Source: Macrostomum lignano (lineage: Eukaryota). Taken from it: a stretch of DNA of 64,000 nucleotides. The stretch is taken from the NCBI GenBank assembly GCA_002269645.1, contig NIVC01000594.1, forward strand, positions 372,001-436,000. The letters are read 5' to 3'. A program made the translations under genes and the position numbers. The notes beneath the pieces were generated by a model. The model saw nothing but the letters and a program-made list of their open reading frames with translations, ran no database searches and was not told the origin of the DNA. This document shows positions 22,328 through 36,220 of the stretch, in pieces (positions within the stretch are counted from its first letter, which is position 1; each line of letters begins with the position of its first letter).

Positions 22328-25300
22328 ATGGGTTGCGGAAGTAGCACTTTGGTGGAGTCCAATATTCCACCAAAATATCCGAAGAATTCGCAGCAGCAAC
22401 AACAGCAACAGCAGCTGCAGCAACAACAGCAGCAGCAGCAGCAGCAGCAGAAGCAGCAACAAGCGGTGAGCTATTTTTAACTCAAATTATTTTTAGCTAT
22501 TCCATGACCCACAGCTTCTAGCCCAAAAACGGTAAATAGAACTAACAATTATCTGCTAGCACAGACAGCTGCGCGATTCACTTTGCCAGGTTTCGCCTCA
22601 AACTCAGACTCAAGCTGCTCCAGCTCAAGGAGCCCCGGCTTCAGACAAAACCGCCTCGAAGCCAACTGATCCCAACGTAATTCGTTTATTTTTGCATCCA
22701 CATTTTGTAGATATTTTTAACCTACCTTGAGTATATTTATTTTCTATCGCTGTCTTCATATGCTTTTGCTGCTTTTAATCTGAACTGGGTTCATTGTTTT
22801 AAAGAGGAGCTTAATTGCATTGTCTCTGTTTTCTAATAGCTTAAACAGACGACTGCTAAATGATCCAAAGATAAAAGAATATCAAGGGGAAACAACATGT
22901 ATCTTTATAAAGAGTTTCATGGTGACACAATTTAGACTTTTAATGCACATTTAATTGGCTTTGCCTTAAACGCCTTTTATGTAACTCGATAGGTCCCAAA
23001 CTGTCCGTCCCACAAAGCGAGTCATTTAGGATTCATCAAAAGAAAGTTGAGCCAGCAAACAGTGATGAGGATTGCCTCGCATTTGCACAGAACTGTTTAA
23101 AACGGGTCTAATTGTACCCCGAAGCCTAGCGTGAGCACACGTGATTGGAAACCTTTTTGTTAGTGCATGCACACCAACTTGATACTATAGCCATATTTCC
23201 GTGTTCACATTTTCTGCTTTTGCACGACTTCTGCTTCCGCTTCTTCTTCTGCCGCTTTTTCTGCTTCCGTTTCTTCTGCTTCCGCTTCTTCTGCTTCCGT
23301 TTCTTCTTCTTCCGATTTTTCTACTTCCGCTTCTTCTGCTTCCGTTTTTTCTTCTTCCGCTTCTTCTGCTTCCACTTCTTCTGCTTCCGTTTCTTCTTCT
23401 TCCGCTTATTCTGCTTCCGCTTCTTCTGCTTCCACTTCTTCTGCTTCCGTTTTTTCTTCTTCCGCTTCTTCTGCTTCCGCTTCTTCTGCTTCCGTTTCTT
23501 CTTCTTCCGCTTATTCTGCTTCCGCTTCTTCTGCTTCCACTTCTTCTGCTTCCGCTTCTTCTGCTTCCACTTCTTCTGCTTCCGCTTCTTCTGCTTCCGC
23601 TTCTTCTGCTTCCGTCTCTTCTTCTTCCGCTTCTTCTGCTTCCGCTTCTTCTGCTTCCGCTTCTTCTGCTTCCGCTTCTTCTGCTTCCACTTCTTCTGCT
23701 TCCGCTTCTTCTGCTTCCACTTCTTCTGCTTCCGCTTCTTCTGCTTCCACTTCTTCTGCTTCCACTTCTTCTGCTTCCGCTTCTTCTGCTTCCTCTCTTT
23801 TCTCTTGTGACTCTATCTTCTCAAAATTCCTCCTGGATAATGAGCTATTTTGACTCTAGAAAAGATGTTGATCATCAATCTTGATTTATTGAACTAAATT
23901 CTACCGAGCGGAACCAATATTAATTCAGCATCCAGCTCATTAAAATCTGGCATGTTGTTTATTTTAGCCAAGCAAGGCGGCCCTGGACAAGAGCACCCTG
24001 GTTCGCTACGTAGAAATTGAGAAAGAAATCAACCGTTTGGAAGCTATGAACGTTGTGCAACATCTGCAGATGAAATGGGAGGAGCTCAAGTCACTCGAGG
24101 ATGATATTCGAAGGCTGACCGCTATTTTCCAATCGTGTCAGGAACAGGCGTAAGTATTTCTTGCTAAGAATAAAAATAAGACTAGTGACGTCATTTTACA
24201 GGAAATCATACTGATCACACTGTAACGTCATACTATATTTAGTGGCATTATCAGGTTCATAACCTTGTAAAGTCGTCAAACTGGTGATATACAAGTGTTG
24301 GGCGGAGCCGGGTGGGTGCTATCCGGAGTAAGATGGGTGTTAGGCGGACTGGTTGGGTGCTAGGCGGATTGGGGTGGGTGCTAGGCGGAGTTGGTTGGGT
24401 GCTAGGCGGAGTGGGGTGGGTGCTAGGCGGAGTGGGGTGGGTGCTAGGCGGATTGGTTGGGTGCTAGGCAGGGTGCGGTGGGTGCTAGGCGGAGTGGGGT
24501 GTGTGCTAGGCGGAGTGGGGTGGGTGCTAGGCGGAGTGGGTAGGTGCTAGGCAGAGTGGGGTGTGTGCTAGGCGGATTGGGTGGGTGCTGCACAGAGCAG
24601 GGTGGAAAAACTTTGATGTCATCATAGTAAAAGTATTTAGAATCATTTTTTTAATTATCTCATAACTCAGGATCTATGTAGTTGAGTGCTTATCCCAAAT
24701 TATTTTCTTGCAGCCTGAAAGAGAAGAAAGACGTTGACAACATGCAGGAGCCGAGCGTTCGAGCCTTCTTCGCCGTCAAAACTCGTTCGACGCCCGTCTA
24801 TCCAAAGAGCAGGAAGAGTTTATCGCCGCTTTGAATAAGCAGGAAGTTGCTCAGAAAGAGCTTGAAGAGGCTTCTAGCCAACGCGAGAGCGCCAAAGTTG
24901 TAGTTAAGGAGCTGCACATGCAGGCTGAAGAGCTGCAGAAGCTCTACAAAGAGCAGGACCAAATATTGGGTGAGATGGGAACGATAGCTAGTGAATATTG
25001 ACTGCGAGTATTGGTCGTGGACTCGTGAGGTGAATTATGCAAGGAACGTACGAGCGAGAGCGCTCTATAAATGGTTGATGTTTGGCTTAAATGATTGGGT
25101 TTAGTGAATTAAATTAGCTGACTCTGTCAGGGACGGTGACTTAAATTGGCTGATGGAGGGGTGGTGGGCTAAATTGGCTGATGGAGGGGTGGTGGGCTAA
25201 ATTGGCTGGTGGAGGGGTGGTGGGCTAAATTGGCTGGTGGAGGGGTGGTGGGCTAAATTGGCTGGTGGAGGGGTGGTGGGTTAAATTGGCTGATGGAGGG

Positions 25301-28300
25301 GTGGTGGGCTAAATTGGCTGATGAAGGGGTGGTGGGTTAAATTGGCTGGGAGCTGTGGTGGGCTGAATTGGCTGGTGGAGGGGTGGTGGGCTAAATTTGC
25401 TAGTGGAGGGGTGGTGGGTTAAATTGGCTGGTGGAGGGGTGGTGGGTTAAATTGGCTGGTGGAGGGGTGGTGGGTTAAATTGGCTGGGAGCTGTGGTGGG
25501 CTGAATTGGCTGGTGGAGGGGTGGTGGGCTAAATTTGCTAGTGGAGGGGTGGTGGGTTAAATTGGCTGGTGGAGGGGTGGTGGGTTAAATTGGCTGGGAG
25601 CTGTGGTGGGCTGAATTGGCTGGTGGAGGGGTGGTGGCTAAATTTGCTAGTGGAGGGGTGGTGGCTAAATTTGCTAGTGGAGGAGTGGTGGGTTAAATTG
25701 GCTGGTGGAGGGGTGGTGGGTTAAATTTGCTAGTGGAGGGGTGGTGGGTTAAATTGGCTGATGGAGGGGTGGTGGGTTAAATTGGCTGGTGGAGGGGTGG
25801 TGGGCTAAATTTGCTAGGAGGGGTTGGTGGATTAAATTTGGCTCGTGGAGGGGTGGTGGTTTAAATTGGTTGGTGGAAGGGTGCTAAAAGTAATATCCAA
25901 TTCTTGTAATTTAATGGCCCTTGAAGAACTAACTGCATTGAGATTATTTAAGTAGCTAATCTAATTATTTTACACTCCAACGTACACCTTCGTGAAATTT
26001 CGCAGCCACAATCTTCGACAGCAAGTACGGCAGCGACCAGGAATACCGGTTGGAACGCGAGCACGACTTCACGTGCGAGAAGCAGCAGCGAATCTCGGCG
26101 GCCAAAGCTCGCTGGCAAGCGGCCAGGCTGCTGGTGCAGCATGCTCACTCTCAACTGGGCTACGCTGTGCAGCGATGGGATTACATATGCCGCATTCCTG
26201 CAGTGTGAGCGAGCCTATTGCTTGCTGTTGGGTTCATAGTTCAAGAGTTTAGTTAGGCCCCGCTAAATCCGCTCCCTCCCCTATGATCCGCCCTGGCCCC
26301 TATCCCCTCTCATCCACTTTCTCCCCTCTGATCCCCTCTCATCTGCACCCTCCCCGCTTATCTCCTCTCATCCGCTCTCTCCCCTCTCATCCGCTCCCTC
26401 CCCGCTTATCCGCTCCCTCCCCTCTCGACCGCTCCCTCCCCTCTCATCCGCTCCCTCCTCTCTCATCCACTCCCTCCTCTCTCATCCGCTCTCTCCCCTC
26501 TCATCCACTCCCTCCTCTCTCATCCGCTCCCTCCCCTCTCATCCGCTCCCTTCTCTCTCATCCACTCCCTCCCCTCTCATCCGCTCCCTCCCCTCTCATC
26601 CGCTCTCTCCCCTCTCATCCGCTCCCTCCCCGCTTATCCGCTCCCTCCTCTCTCATCCGCTCCCTCCCTTCTAATCTTCTCTCCTTGAAACTTGAATCAA
26701 ACTACTTTCACCACGCTGCACCTCAAATCTCAACTGATGAGTCCTGCAGCCAACTGTAATCCCAACCATTCGCTTTCAGAGACAAAAGCCTATCAAAAGA
26801 GACACTTGCCAGGTTGTGTTGAATAAATTCAGTTAAAGATTTCCTATAAAGGTTTACCGATAAATCTCGCATGATGAACGTTTTAATCAAAATCCAGCAA
26901 AATGGCATTTTTTCTTTTGCTTTTACAATCTTTTGGAAAGGAACTAAGTCTATCGGATTACATATACTTTTGGCCGTTATGTGCCTGGCCTCGTGAAGTG
27001 TGTATTTTAATTTTATAATAGTTTTGATAACGAACTTACCGGATTGTTTTGTTTAAATTTCACAAATGAAACAAACACAATATCGCAGCAAAAAAGTGGA
27101 GCAGACACCGGAGCAGCAGTTGCTGGAGCTCAGCCTTGACGGCTTGGACAGAAATTTAAGGAGTCTGCAATTCCGTCGATGGTTTGTTTGTTTAAATTCG
27201 ACATTGAATTGCCGTTGAAACAATAAAACAAAAAATGGCGGCAATTTAATCACGTTGCAAGCTTCAATTAGCTGTCTTTTACACGAAAAGGAAATGCATA
27301 TCATGCACTCACCAGTGCTGTAATACTGGCACCAATACAAACCTCTACTGGCGCAGCACTTTGAGATTATTGAAATTCATTTGAATGCCGAATTTCGATT
27401 TAAGATATTTTCTTAGCAATTCTTGACTAAATGCATTGGAACTAGAATAGTTGAGCTTTCAAAAACGTTAAACAAAATGAATTAATTATTCAATGGCAGC
27501 ATGATTCGTTACCTCCGATCGAACACAACCCATCTCAGGAACAGCCAGATGCGCTACGGAATAGCAACAGAAGTTCGCAACTACCTGATCGCCGCCAGCA
27601 CAAATCTGCGCAACAGTCAGGGCTACCTGAAGGGTATCGATTTTCCTTATTGCAAAACTGACGAAGTAAGCACAATATTTATTTTTATAATTATCTATGC
27701 GTGTGCCCATTCTGCTAGTAAAAAAAACAATTATTTAATTTATCATTCAGGTGAGCACGTTGGAGCGAGCTACCAACAACATTTACGGCGACATGGCTAC
27801 AACTGAGCGGCATCAGCATGCTATGAACGTTTTCCGGTCAACATTCCAGCGGTCTCACGCCCTATTGCAGTGGTTTGATGTTGTACGTTTATTAAATTGT
27901 ACATAGGGTAGAGAGGAAAGCTTGAGTGTACATATACATATTGGGGTAGAGAGGAAAGCTGAAGTGTACGTAGACAGAGGTCTACCTGGAGTGTAAACAG
28001 ACATAGATGGGTAGAGAGGAAAGCTGGAGTGTAAACAGATATAGAGGGGTAGAGAGGAAAGCTGAAATGTACATAGATAGAGGGGTAGCTGGAGTGTAAA
28101 CAGACATAGATGGGTAGAGAGGAAAGCTGGAGTGTACATATACATAGAGGGGTAGAGAGGAAAGCTGAAGTGTACATTGCCATAGATGGGTAGAGAGGAA
28201 AGCTGAAGTTTACATAGCCATAGAGGTGTAGAGAGGAAAGCTGGAGTGTACATTGCCATAGATGGGTAGAGAGGAAAGCTGGAGTGTACATTGCCATAGA

Positions 28301-31300
28301 TGGGTAGAGAAGAAAGCTGGAGTGTACATAGCCATAGAGGGGTAGAGAGAAAAGCTGAAGTGTACATTGCCATAGATGGGTAGAGAAGAAAGCTGGAGTG
28401 TACATAGGCATAGAGGGGTAGAGAGAAAAGCTGGAGTGTACATTGCCATAGATGGGTAGAGAGGAAAGCTGGACTGTACATGGCCATAGAGGATAAATGC
28501 TACGTAGCTGCGAGGTACCTTAAATAGACGTATTTATTCAATTTTGAAGGTAAAAGTCAGTTCCGAAACTGTCGAATAACTACAACAATTCCGCTAAACA
28601 TTTTTTTCAGGTCATCGACAAGACAATCGACCGCGACCTCCTGATGGCCATAGAAGAGCTGTTTGCTAAAAAGCGCGAACTGCGGATCGAACGAGTGCGC
28701 CTCATCCGTGAGAAGCTGGTTGAGCTGTTCGGTGCTGAGGAGGCCGCGGCTGCCGGCTTAGACGAAGGTGAGACGAGCTTGTCTCTTTTGTTTTACTCGT
28801 AATTTATGATCGAAAATAAAAGTAAACACTTCTTTTTTATTGTAAAACGACAAATGTAAAGAGATTTACATTTTCTAACGGATCAAATTTGTTTGTTAAA
28901 TAATTTTCAGCCGACCTGCAGCTTGACGAGGGTAAATATTATATTAAAGTGTACTTTTAGCACGTATAATTACGTAATTATTATTTGGTAAATACTATTG
29001 ATTTGGTCCAATTGATTCCTGGTTTGTCATTAGCCAAACACTTTTCGGTAATTATCTTTTTAGAAATGTCATTGACAACTGTAGCAGATCTTGCTATAGA
29101 CAAATTGGCGATAGAGAATTCCGATTTCCCGAGAGCATGCTAAATACACTGTCCCATGACTGAGCGTGCGTTTTTGGTCCAAAAAGCGTGCATTAATCTT
29201 ACAGTCTATGGCCCAACCCTATGCGGCGTAGCCAAAAAAGCGTGCAGATAATGAAAAAAAGCGTGCAGATAATGAAAAAAAGCGTGCAGATAATGAAAAA
29301 AAGCGTGCAGATAATGAAAAAAAGCGTGCAGATAATGAAAAAAAGCGTGCAGATAATGAAAAAAGCGTGCAGATAATGAAAAAGCGTGCAGATAATGAAA
29401 AAGCGTGCAGATAATGAAAAAAAGCGTGCAGATAATGAAAAAAAGCGTGCAGATAATGAAAAAAAGCGTGCAGATAATGAAAAAAAGTGTGCAGATAATG
29501 AAAAAAGCGTGCAGATAATGAAAAAAAGCGTGCAGATAATGAAAAAAAGCGTGCAGATAATGAAAAAGCGTGCAGATAATAGCGTACAGCGCAACAAAAA
29601 ACAGAAGTTTGCAAGAAACGTTTATTAAAACAAAGGAGAACACAGCAGAATTTAACACCGATGCACAGAAACAAAAAGTCAGCAGTAAAACAGATGACAG
29701 CAGAAAGGTCGACGAGTATTGAGCCTCATGCTTCTTAGACGATTTGACATCGGTCTCTTGCTCCAGCGCCCGGATTGATGCGTCAAGGTCGATCGAGGCC
29801 AAGTCGTCGTTCAAATCAGGGATGGAGTCGAATAGGCGGTTCAGCTCCTCGTTGTCGTCCACACTAGTTGCTTGGAGACGTAACTGCTCGTTCACAAGCT
29901 TCTCAACGTCGGCCCACTCCAAATGGTGGGAGATCTCACCGGCCGTCATGCCGCTTCTCATGCCGTTAGGAAATAATGAATCCATATGGGGCCAAACTCA
30001 CGATCAGAAGCTTGTGCATAGCAAGAAATTGTCTATGGTGACTAAGAAAATGTCTATGGTAGGAACTCCTAGCTGCAGGAACAAAAAGCGTGCAGATAAT
30101 AAAGTACAGTGCTGTGACGAAGAATTTTTTCAACGCACGCTTAGTCATGGGACAATATGCCTACTACTAGGCTTTCGAGTGCGATAATAGTCTTGGCTCG
30201 AGTGCGCGAAGCGCATATTTTCCCCTAGTAGTAATCTTACATTAGCGATATAACAAATATACGCTCCAATTACCTAGCTATGATCCAGTCCATTTCTAAG
30301 AAAATAGAAGTTTTTATGATTTTATGACACTGTAGCCATGCATTGTACACAAATTGTATTTGATGCCACACAAAGTAGTAGCACTGTAATTTAATTAACT
30401 AATTGCATAATTGATTGCGTCATCTATTGCAAGTTCGAACAGGGACACTACATCTTACTATTAGTAGTACCGATTAAAGCACTGCGTTTGCAATTTTTGA
30501 TGATAATTATCGCTAAACTATTTAGCGTTCTTTCGAGATCCCATCAGCTGGACGGGAGTAACGAATTCTTTAAATCTAGAAGAGATCTAGAAATCTAGAG
30601 AATGTCTATGGGCATCAGATCTCTAAGGGTAGTGGGTGTCGTACAGATGTCTAGAGAATGTCATACAAATCTCTAGAGGGTATCGTATAGATATCTAGAG
30701 GGTGTCGTATAGATATCTACAGTGCGTTGTATAGATACCCAGAGGTTGTCGTATAGATATCTAGAGGGTGTCGTATAGATATCTAGAGGGTGTCGTATAG
30801 GCATCTAGAGGGCGTCGTATAGGTATGTAGAGGGTGTCGTATAGGTATCTAGAGGGTGTCGTATAGGTATCTAGAGGGTGCTTTATATATATCTAGAGGG
30901 CGTCGTATAGATATCTAGAGGGTGTCATATAGGTATCTAGAAGGTGTCGTATAGGTATCTAGAAGGTGTTTTATATATATCTAGAGGTTATCGTATAGAT
31001 ATCTAGAGGGTGTCGTATAGGTATCTAGAGGGTGTCGTATAGATATCCAGACGTTATCGTATAGATATCTTGAGGTTGTCTTATAGATATCTAGAGGGTA
31101 TCGTATAGATATCTAGAGAGTGTCGTATGGATCTCTGGGTGTAAAGCCTATCTCTAGAGGTTTCTAATATATCTCTTGAGAACGCAATATATAGATCTAG
31201 AGGTTTCTAATGGATCTCTAGAAAATCCCGCTTCCAGATGTACATGTAACAAACTCTACATAGGTCTTGTCATTCAATAGGCATTCATGTCTCAAATTTG

Positions 31301-34026
31301 AAGTGCATATTCCCATATTAAATCAATAGCAACTTCATAACAAGAAGCAGGTAGGCAGGTTATGAGACTTCATCTCATATCTGTAGCTAAAATCAATCTG
31401 CACTATACAGAGTACGCCAGCAGCGCAAGTTCTAAATGCATATCCACACATATTTGCCAAGCCTACTGTGTCAACAATACGACTTTGCCATGAAGTCACT
31501 GCAGCATGCAGAGCTCTAGCATTGCGTTCCTCTCTCTGGTGTAAAGTCAAAAAGGGAGAGAGAGCATCGAGAAAAGGGCTTTTGTCCCCTAAAAGCTGTC
31601 TGAACTAACGGCAGACATTGAATTGTTCCCATATGCAAAGCCGCTCAGGCAGGCACTTCGCAATCAATTCTACCTGTCTAGTATTTTATTGTTGTACCAA
31701 ACTCATGCCCAACTGAATTGGTTGCCATTGACAACAGCTACTGCTGCTGCTGCGTGTGGCCCAGCAAAGCTGTTGTTAGGAATTAGGGCAAAATTATATG
31801 TAGCTTAATACAGAGCAAGAGCTGTGACAGCTATAACCCAGCTATGCCTGACCATTAAATCATAATTCTAAGCTTTGAAACAATAAATTATCCAAATGTG
31901 ATCTGTTTTACGACTTTTTTTTCGCGATTTTCTAGTACACCTAACAAAGTGTTTCTATATCTAGAAATAAAATTTGGCTACTTTTGTTCTTGGAATGTAT
32001 GAATTGGAGCCTGTTAATTATCAACTATAACTATATTGATCCCATGTACAATACAGCCTACTGAACACAAAAGTAGTGAAAGAGAATTTTAATTTGCTCG
32101 AAATCTTGATCTATTCGTTGAAAAAATGTATTATTATAATTTTTGTTTCCACTCAATCCTAAAATACAATAGATTGTTGGAGTGTATACTACTAACGATG
32201 AAATTTTAGTTAGTAGTTTGTACGCTTCTTAGTAGAATAATTTAAACAAAATATAAGAGACTGTTTTATTTAAATTGAATTATTTCACACCCACGCAGAC
32301 GGGAATCTCACGGATGCCAGGCGTCTGCAAGAGCAGCTGTCCAAGGTCAACGAGGAAGAGCTGAAGAAGCAGCTGGAGAATGTGAAGATTGTTCAACCAG
32401 AGAAAGTCCAACAGTCCAAGGAACAGGAGGCCGCTGTTGAGGCAGCCGCGGCTGCTGCGGATGGCGACTCGAAGTCCGCTGATGCCGACGAAAAAGCGCC
32501 GAAGGTTGAGGCGGTGCCACTGAAGGAGCTCGCGCCACCGCCCAGCGAGGACCAGCTGTTTGGTGCGGGGGCTTTGATATTGCATTTTACAGTGGTCCAC
32601 CGTTTGACTGGGGAATTCTACTCCGTTTGACTGGGGAATTCTGCTCCGTTTGACTGGGGAATTCTGCTCCGTTTGACTGGGGAATTCTGCTCCGTTTGAC
32701 TGGGGAATTCTGCTCCGTTTGACTGGGGAATTCTGCTCCGTTTGACTGGGGAATTCTGCTCCGTTTAACTGGGGAATTCTGCTCCGTTTGAGTGGGGAAT
32801 TCTGCTCCGTTTGACTTGGGAATTCTGCTCCGTTTGACTTGGGAATTCTGCTCCGTTTCACTGGGGAATTCTACTCCGTTTGACTGGGGAATTCTACTCC
32901 GTTTGACTGGGGAATTCACCTCCGTTTGACTTGGGAATTCTGCTCCGTTTCACTGGGGAATTCTACCCCGTTTGACTGGGGAATTCACCTCCGTTTGACT
33001 GGGGAATTCTGCTACGTTTCACTGGGGAATTCTACTATATTTGACTGGGGAATTCTACTCCGTTTTATTGGGGAATTCTACTCCGTTTTATTGGGGAATT
33101 CTACTCCGTTTGACTGGGGAATTTTACTCCGTTTGACTGACGAATTCTCCTATGTTTGACTGGGGAATTCACTTTGTTTGACTGCGGAATTCACTCCGTT
33201 TGACTGGGGAATTCTACTACGTTTGACTGGGGAATTCTACTTCGTTTGACTGGGGAATTCTACTCCGTTTGACTGGGGAATTCTGCTCCGTTTGACTGGG
33301 GAATTCTACTATATTTGACTGGGGAATTCTCCTCCGTTTGACTGGGGAGTACGTTCTTCTCTTTCACCTGGAAATTCTACTCTGTTTGAACCGGGAATTC
33401 TCGATCAGTTGGACTTGGAATTTTTTCCCTGTTTTGTTTGATTTAGTATACTGATATTCTCTGTCTGACTAAGGAATTCCCCTCTATAATTCTCGTCCGT
33501 TTGCTTTGATTCTCTGTCTCACCGTAGAATTTTGTGCACTATACCATGCATGTACTTTTTGCAATGGGATTTTTTACTTCCGTAGAGTAATGTTTTGTTC
33601 AATAATTTTTCGTCTTTTTGGATGAAATTTTACCCAGATTAAATAACTGTCAGTTCTAAATATAGTTCCCTTAATCTCCAACAGGCGACATCGACTCAAT
33701 CAAGAAGCAATACGAGATCGACATGGAGGAATTTCAACGCGCCCAGGATGTCAACAGGGCCCGCGTGGAGCAGGGGCTGCAGGTAAAGATAATTTTTTTG
33801 TCATGTTTTATACAAAATGATAAGTCTCGATAAACTTTTATGATAACAATGTTGAATCGCTTCCGTAAACTATGAATATCGTCAAATACGAGTAAATTTT
33901 TGGCGCTAATTTAAATTTACTATAACTTTCCAGGAAAAACTGGCAGCGAGAAAGTCGCGCAAGGCGCGTAAAATGGCCCAACAAGAGCAGACGGAGAAGC
34001 TGTTGGAAGAGAGCGCCAGTGCTTAA
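22328..34026 (+). CDS. Uncharacterised coiled-coil protein with N-terminal MGCGSS (myristoylation/palmitoylation-type) and polyQ. Exons approx. 22328-22465, 22590-22676, ~22840-22898, ~22993-23105, 23968-24149, 24714-24969 (frameshift), 26006-26204, 27539-27665, 27751-27882, 28611-28767, 28911-28931, 32299-32562, 33685-33782, 33934-34026
   Basis: From 23968 on, exons join in phase with GT/AG and give helical E/K/Q-rich sequence ending EKLAARKSRKARK...ASA*. One frameshift is needed near 24775, and the phases of exons 2-4 are not fully resolved. Confidence 0.75.
23225..23795. repeat. 15-bp repeat (CTTCTTCTGCTTCCG)n
   Basis: Direct reading; intronic. Confidence 0.93.
24295..24590. repeat. ~21-bp G-rich repeat (GGGTGGGTGCTAGGCGGAGTG)n
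   Basis: Direct reading; intronic. Confidence 0.9.
25140..25880. repeat. ~28-bp G-rich repeat (GGCTAAATTGGCTGGTGGAGGGGTGGTG)n
   Basis: Direct reading; intronic. Confidence 0.92.
26275..26670. repeat. C/T-rich repeat (CCCTCTCATCCGCTC-type)
   Basis: Direct reading; intronic. Confidence 0.88.
27905..28490. repeat. ~38-bp minisatellite (GGGTAGAGAGGAAAGCTGGAGTGTACATTGCCATAGAT)n
   Basis: Direct reading; intronic. Confidence 0.9.
29150..30154. mobile_element. Inverted-repeat-bounded element with an internal (AAAAAGCGTGCAGATAATGA)n array and a residual minus-strand ORF
   Basis: TGTCCCATGACTGAGCGTGCGTT at 29150-29172 versus its reverse complement (1 mismatch) at 30132-30154. The array motif recurs near both ends. 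Confidence 0.65.
30600..31225. repeat. ~22-bp repeat (TATCTAGAGGGTGTCGTATAGA)n
   Basis: Direct reading; intronic. Confidence 0.9.
32600..33400. repeat. ~23-bp repeat (GTTTGACTGGGGAATTCTGCTCC)n
   Basis: Direct reading; intronic, degenerating toward the right. Confidence 0.92.
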
Positions 34027-35062
34027 TCACACAGGAAAATTGTTTGTTTTTTTAGAGTTTAACTGACCAGTAGCAATCCGTTTGGTTGGCAACTCGCATG
34101 ACCAAATTAATTTTTTTTAAGACTTGTCACATCTGAAGTTTTAACCGCAATACCCCTTTATCTGCTGAACAGTCATAAGTTACCTGCAATCTATCTATAA
34201 ATATCAAAGTTATAATTACATTTATTAATACATAATTTGCTGTACTTTATGGCTTTCCTTTATCTAATTATTTTCAACTGCTAATCAATAATTTGTCAAT
34301 AATTCGTCCGAACCTTTTGACACGGCAGTCAACTTGCTGCAATATTTTTTGAAGATTTTTTCTTTTTGAAATTTCACTTTAAAGCCGAAAATCTACATGA
34401 CATTGAGTTTAAGAAATAATATTTATAGCTGTGCAATACTTATTTATATCGCTGCTACTATCAGTCCTTATCAGTCAGCTACAGTGCAGACATAATAAAA
34501 ACCATTCTTTTGTTAAACTGCTATCAGTTCCAAAGATCTAAATAAATAATTTTTATTTTTAACCAAGCTAAAGAGAAATAATCTCTACTTTATATAATAT
34601 CATTTTCTATGGAAACCAACTAGCAATGCTTTAAATAATGTTCTTCATCCAAACATACTACTGAATAGATGCAATAAGTAGTCTAGTGCAAAAACAGGGC
34701 AAAAAATCGAGCTTAAAACAGGAGGCCTTCCAGATCTGTAAAAAGTAAAAGGAAGATCGTGCGATTTATTTGCATACGGTGAATTAAACAGCTTACAATT
34801 GCCAAATAAATATGATAAAGTAAGAAAGTATAAAGAAATTAGTGTACACACGGAGTGTGCACAAATTGTGTAAGCCGTGTGTTAATGGTAACTAAAATGC
34901 AATTAGAAAATTAATTGGATTAGATGTAATAAAATTAATTCCAAAAAACCAGATAAAACACCAGTTTTAGTAAACTTTCCATATAGCTCTACTACTAGTA
35001 GTGTAGTTCGCAATAAAAATCTGATTGATTTTATACATGTTATTTATAACATGTTATACAGA

Positions 35063-35434
35063 TTAAGTTTGCCTGACTGGCAGCGGGTGTCCTTCCGTAT
35101 TGAAGACCCATTGAGCTGACGAGAAATAGTCGCGGTCTGAGAATATCAGATAGAGGTACTTGAGCGTCTCAGCTAGAAAGTAGCTGGGCTGCAGGTCGCC
35201 AACAGGCGGCCTCGCCGAGTAGACGTCCGACAGAATGGCGAATCCGCCAGTTGAAACTATTCGAGAGTACCGCTCCAGAGCTTCAACCGTTTCCCAGGCC
35301 CAGTCGCGGTAGCGCTGGTCTCCCGTGATGCGCCACAGGTGAAAATAGGATTCCACTGTCTCTGGGCGAAGCATGTGGGTCTGCGGGATTGGTGCGGCAG
35401 TTCTGAGTGTACTTTTGTACTGCTTAGGTGAATC

Positions 35435-35521
<87 letters not shown>

Positions 35522-35698
35522 CAGTCAGTCAGTCAGTCAGTCAGTCAGTTAGTCAGTCAGTTAGTTAGTTAGTTAGTTAGCTAGTTAGTTAGTCAGTCAG
35601 TTAGTCAGTCAGTTAGTCAGTCAGTCAGTCAGTCAGTCAGTTAGTCAGTCAGTTAGTTAGTTAGTTAGTTAGTTAGCTAGTTAGTTAGTTAGTCAGTC

Positions 35699-35748
<50 letters not shown>

Positions 35749-35909
35749 CTAGTTAGTTAGTTAGTCAGTCAGTCAGTCAGTCAGTTAGTCAGTCAGTTAG
35801 TTAGTTAGTTAGTTAGTTAGCTAGTTAGTTAGTTAGTCAGTCAGTTAGTTAGTTAGTTAGTTAGTTAGTTAGATATTTAGTTTGTCAGTCAGTTAGTTAG
35901 TTACGAGCG

Positions 35910-35973
<64 letters not shown>

Positions 35974-36093
35974 CAGTTAGTTAGTTAGTTAGTTAGTTAG
36001 TTAGCTAGTTAGTTAGTTAGTCAGTCAGTTAGTTAGTTAGTTAGTTAGTTAGTTAGATATTTAGTTTGTCAGTCAGTTAGTTAGTTACGAGCG

Positions 36094-36141
<48 letters not shown>

Positions 36142-36142
36142 C

Positions 36143-36220
<78 letters not shown>

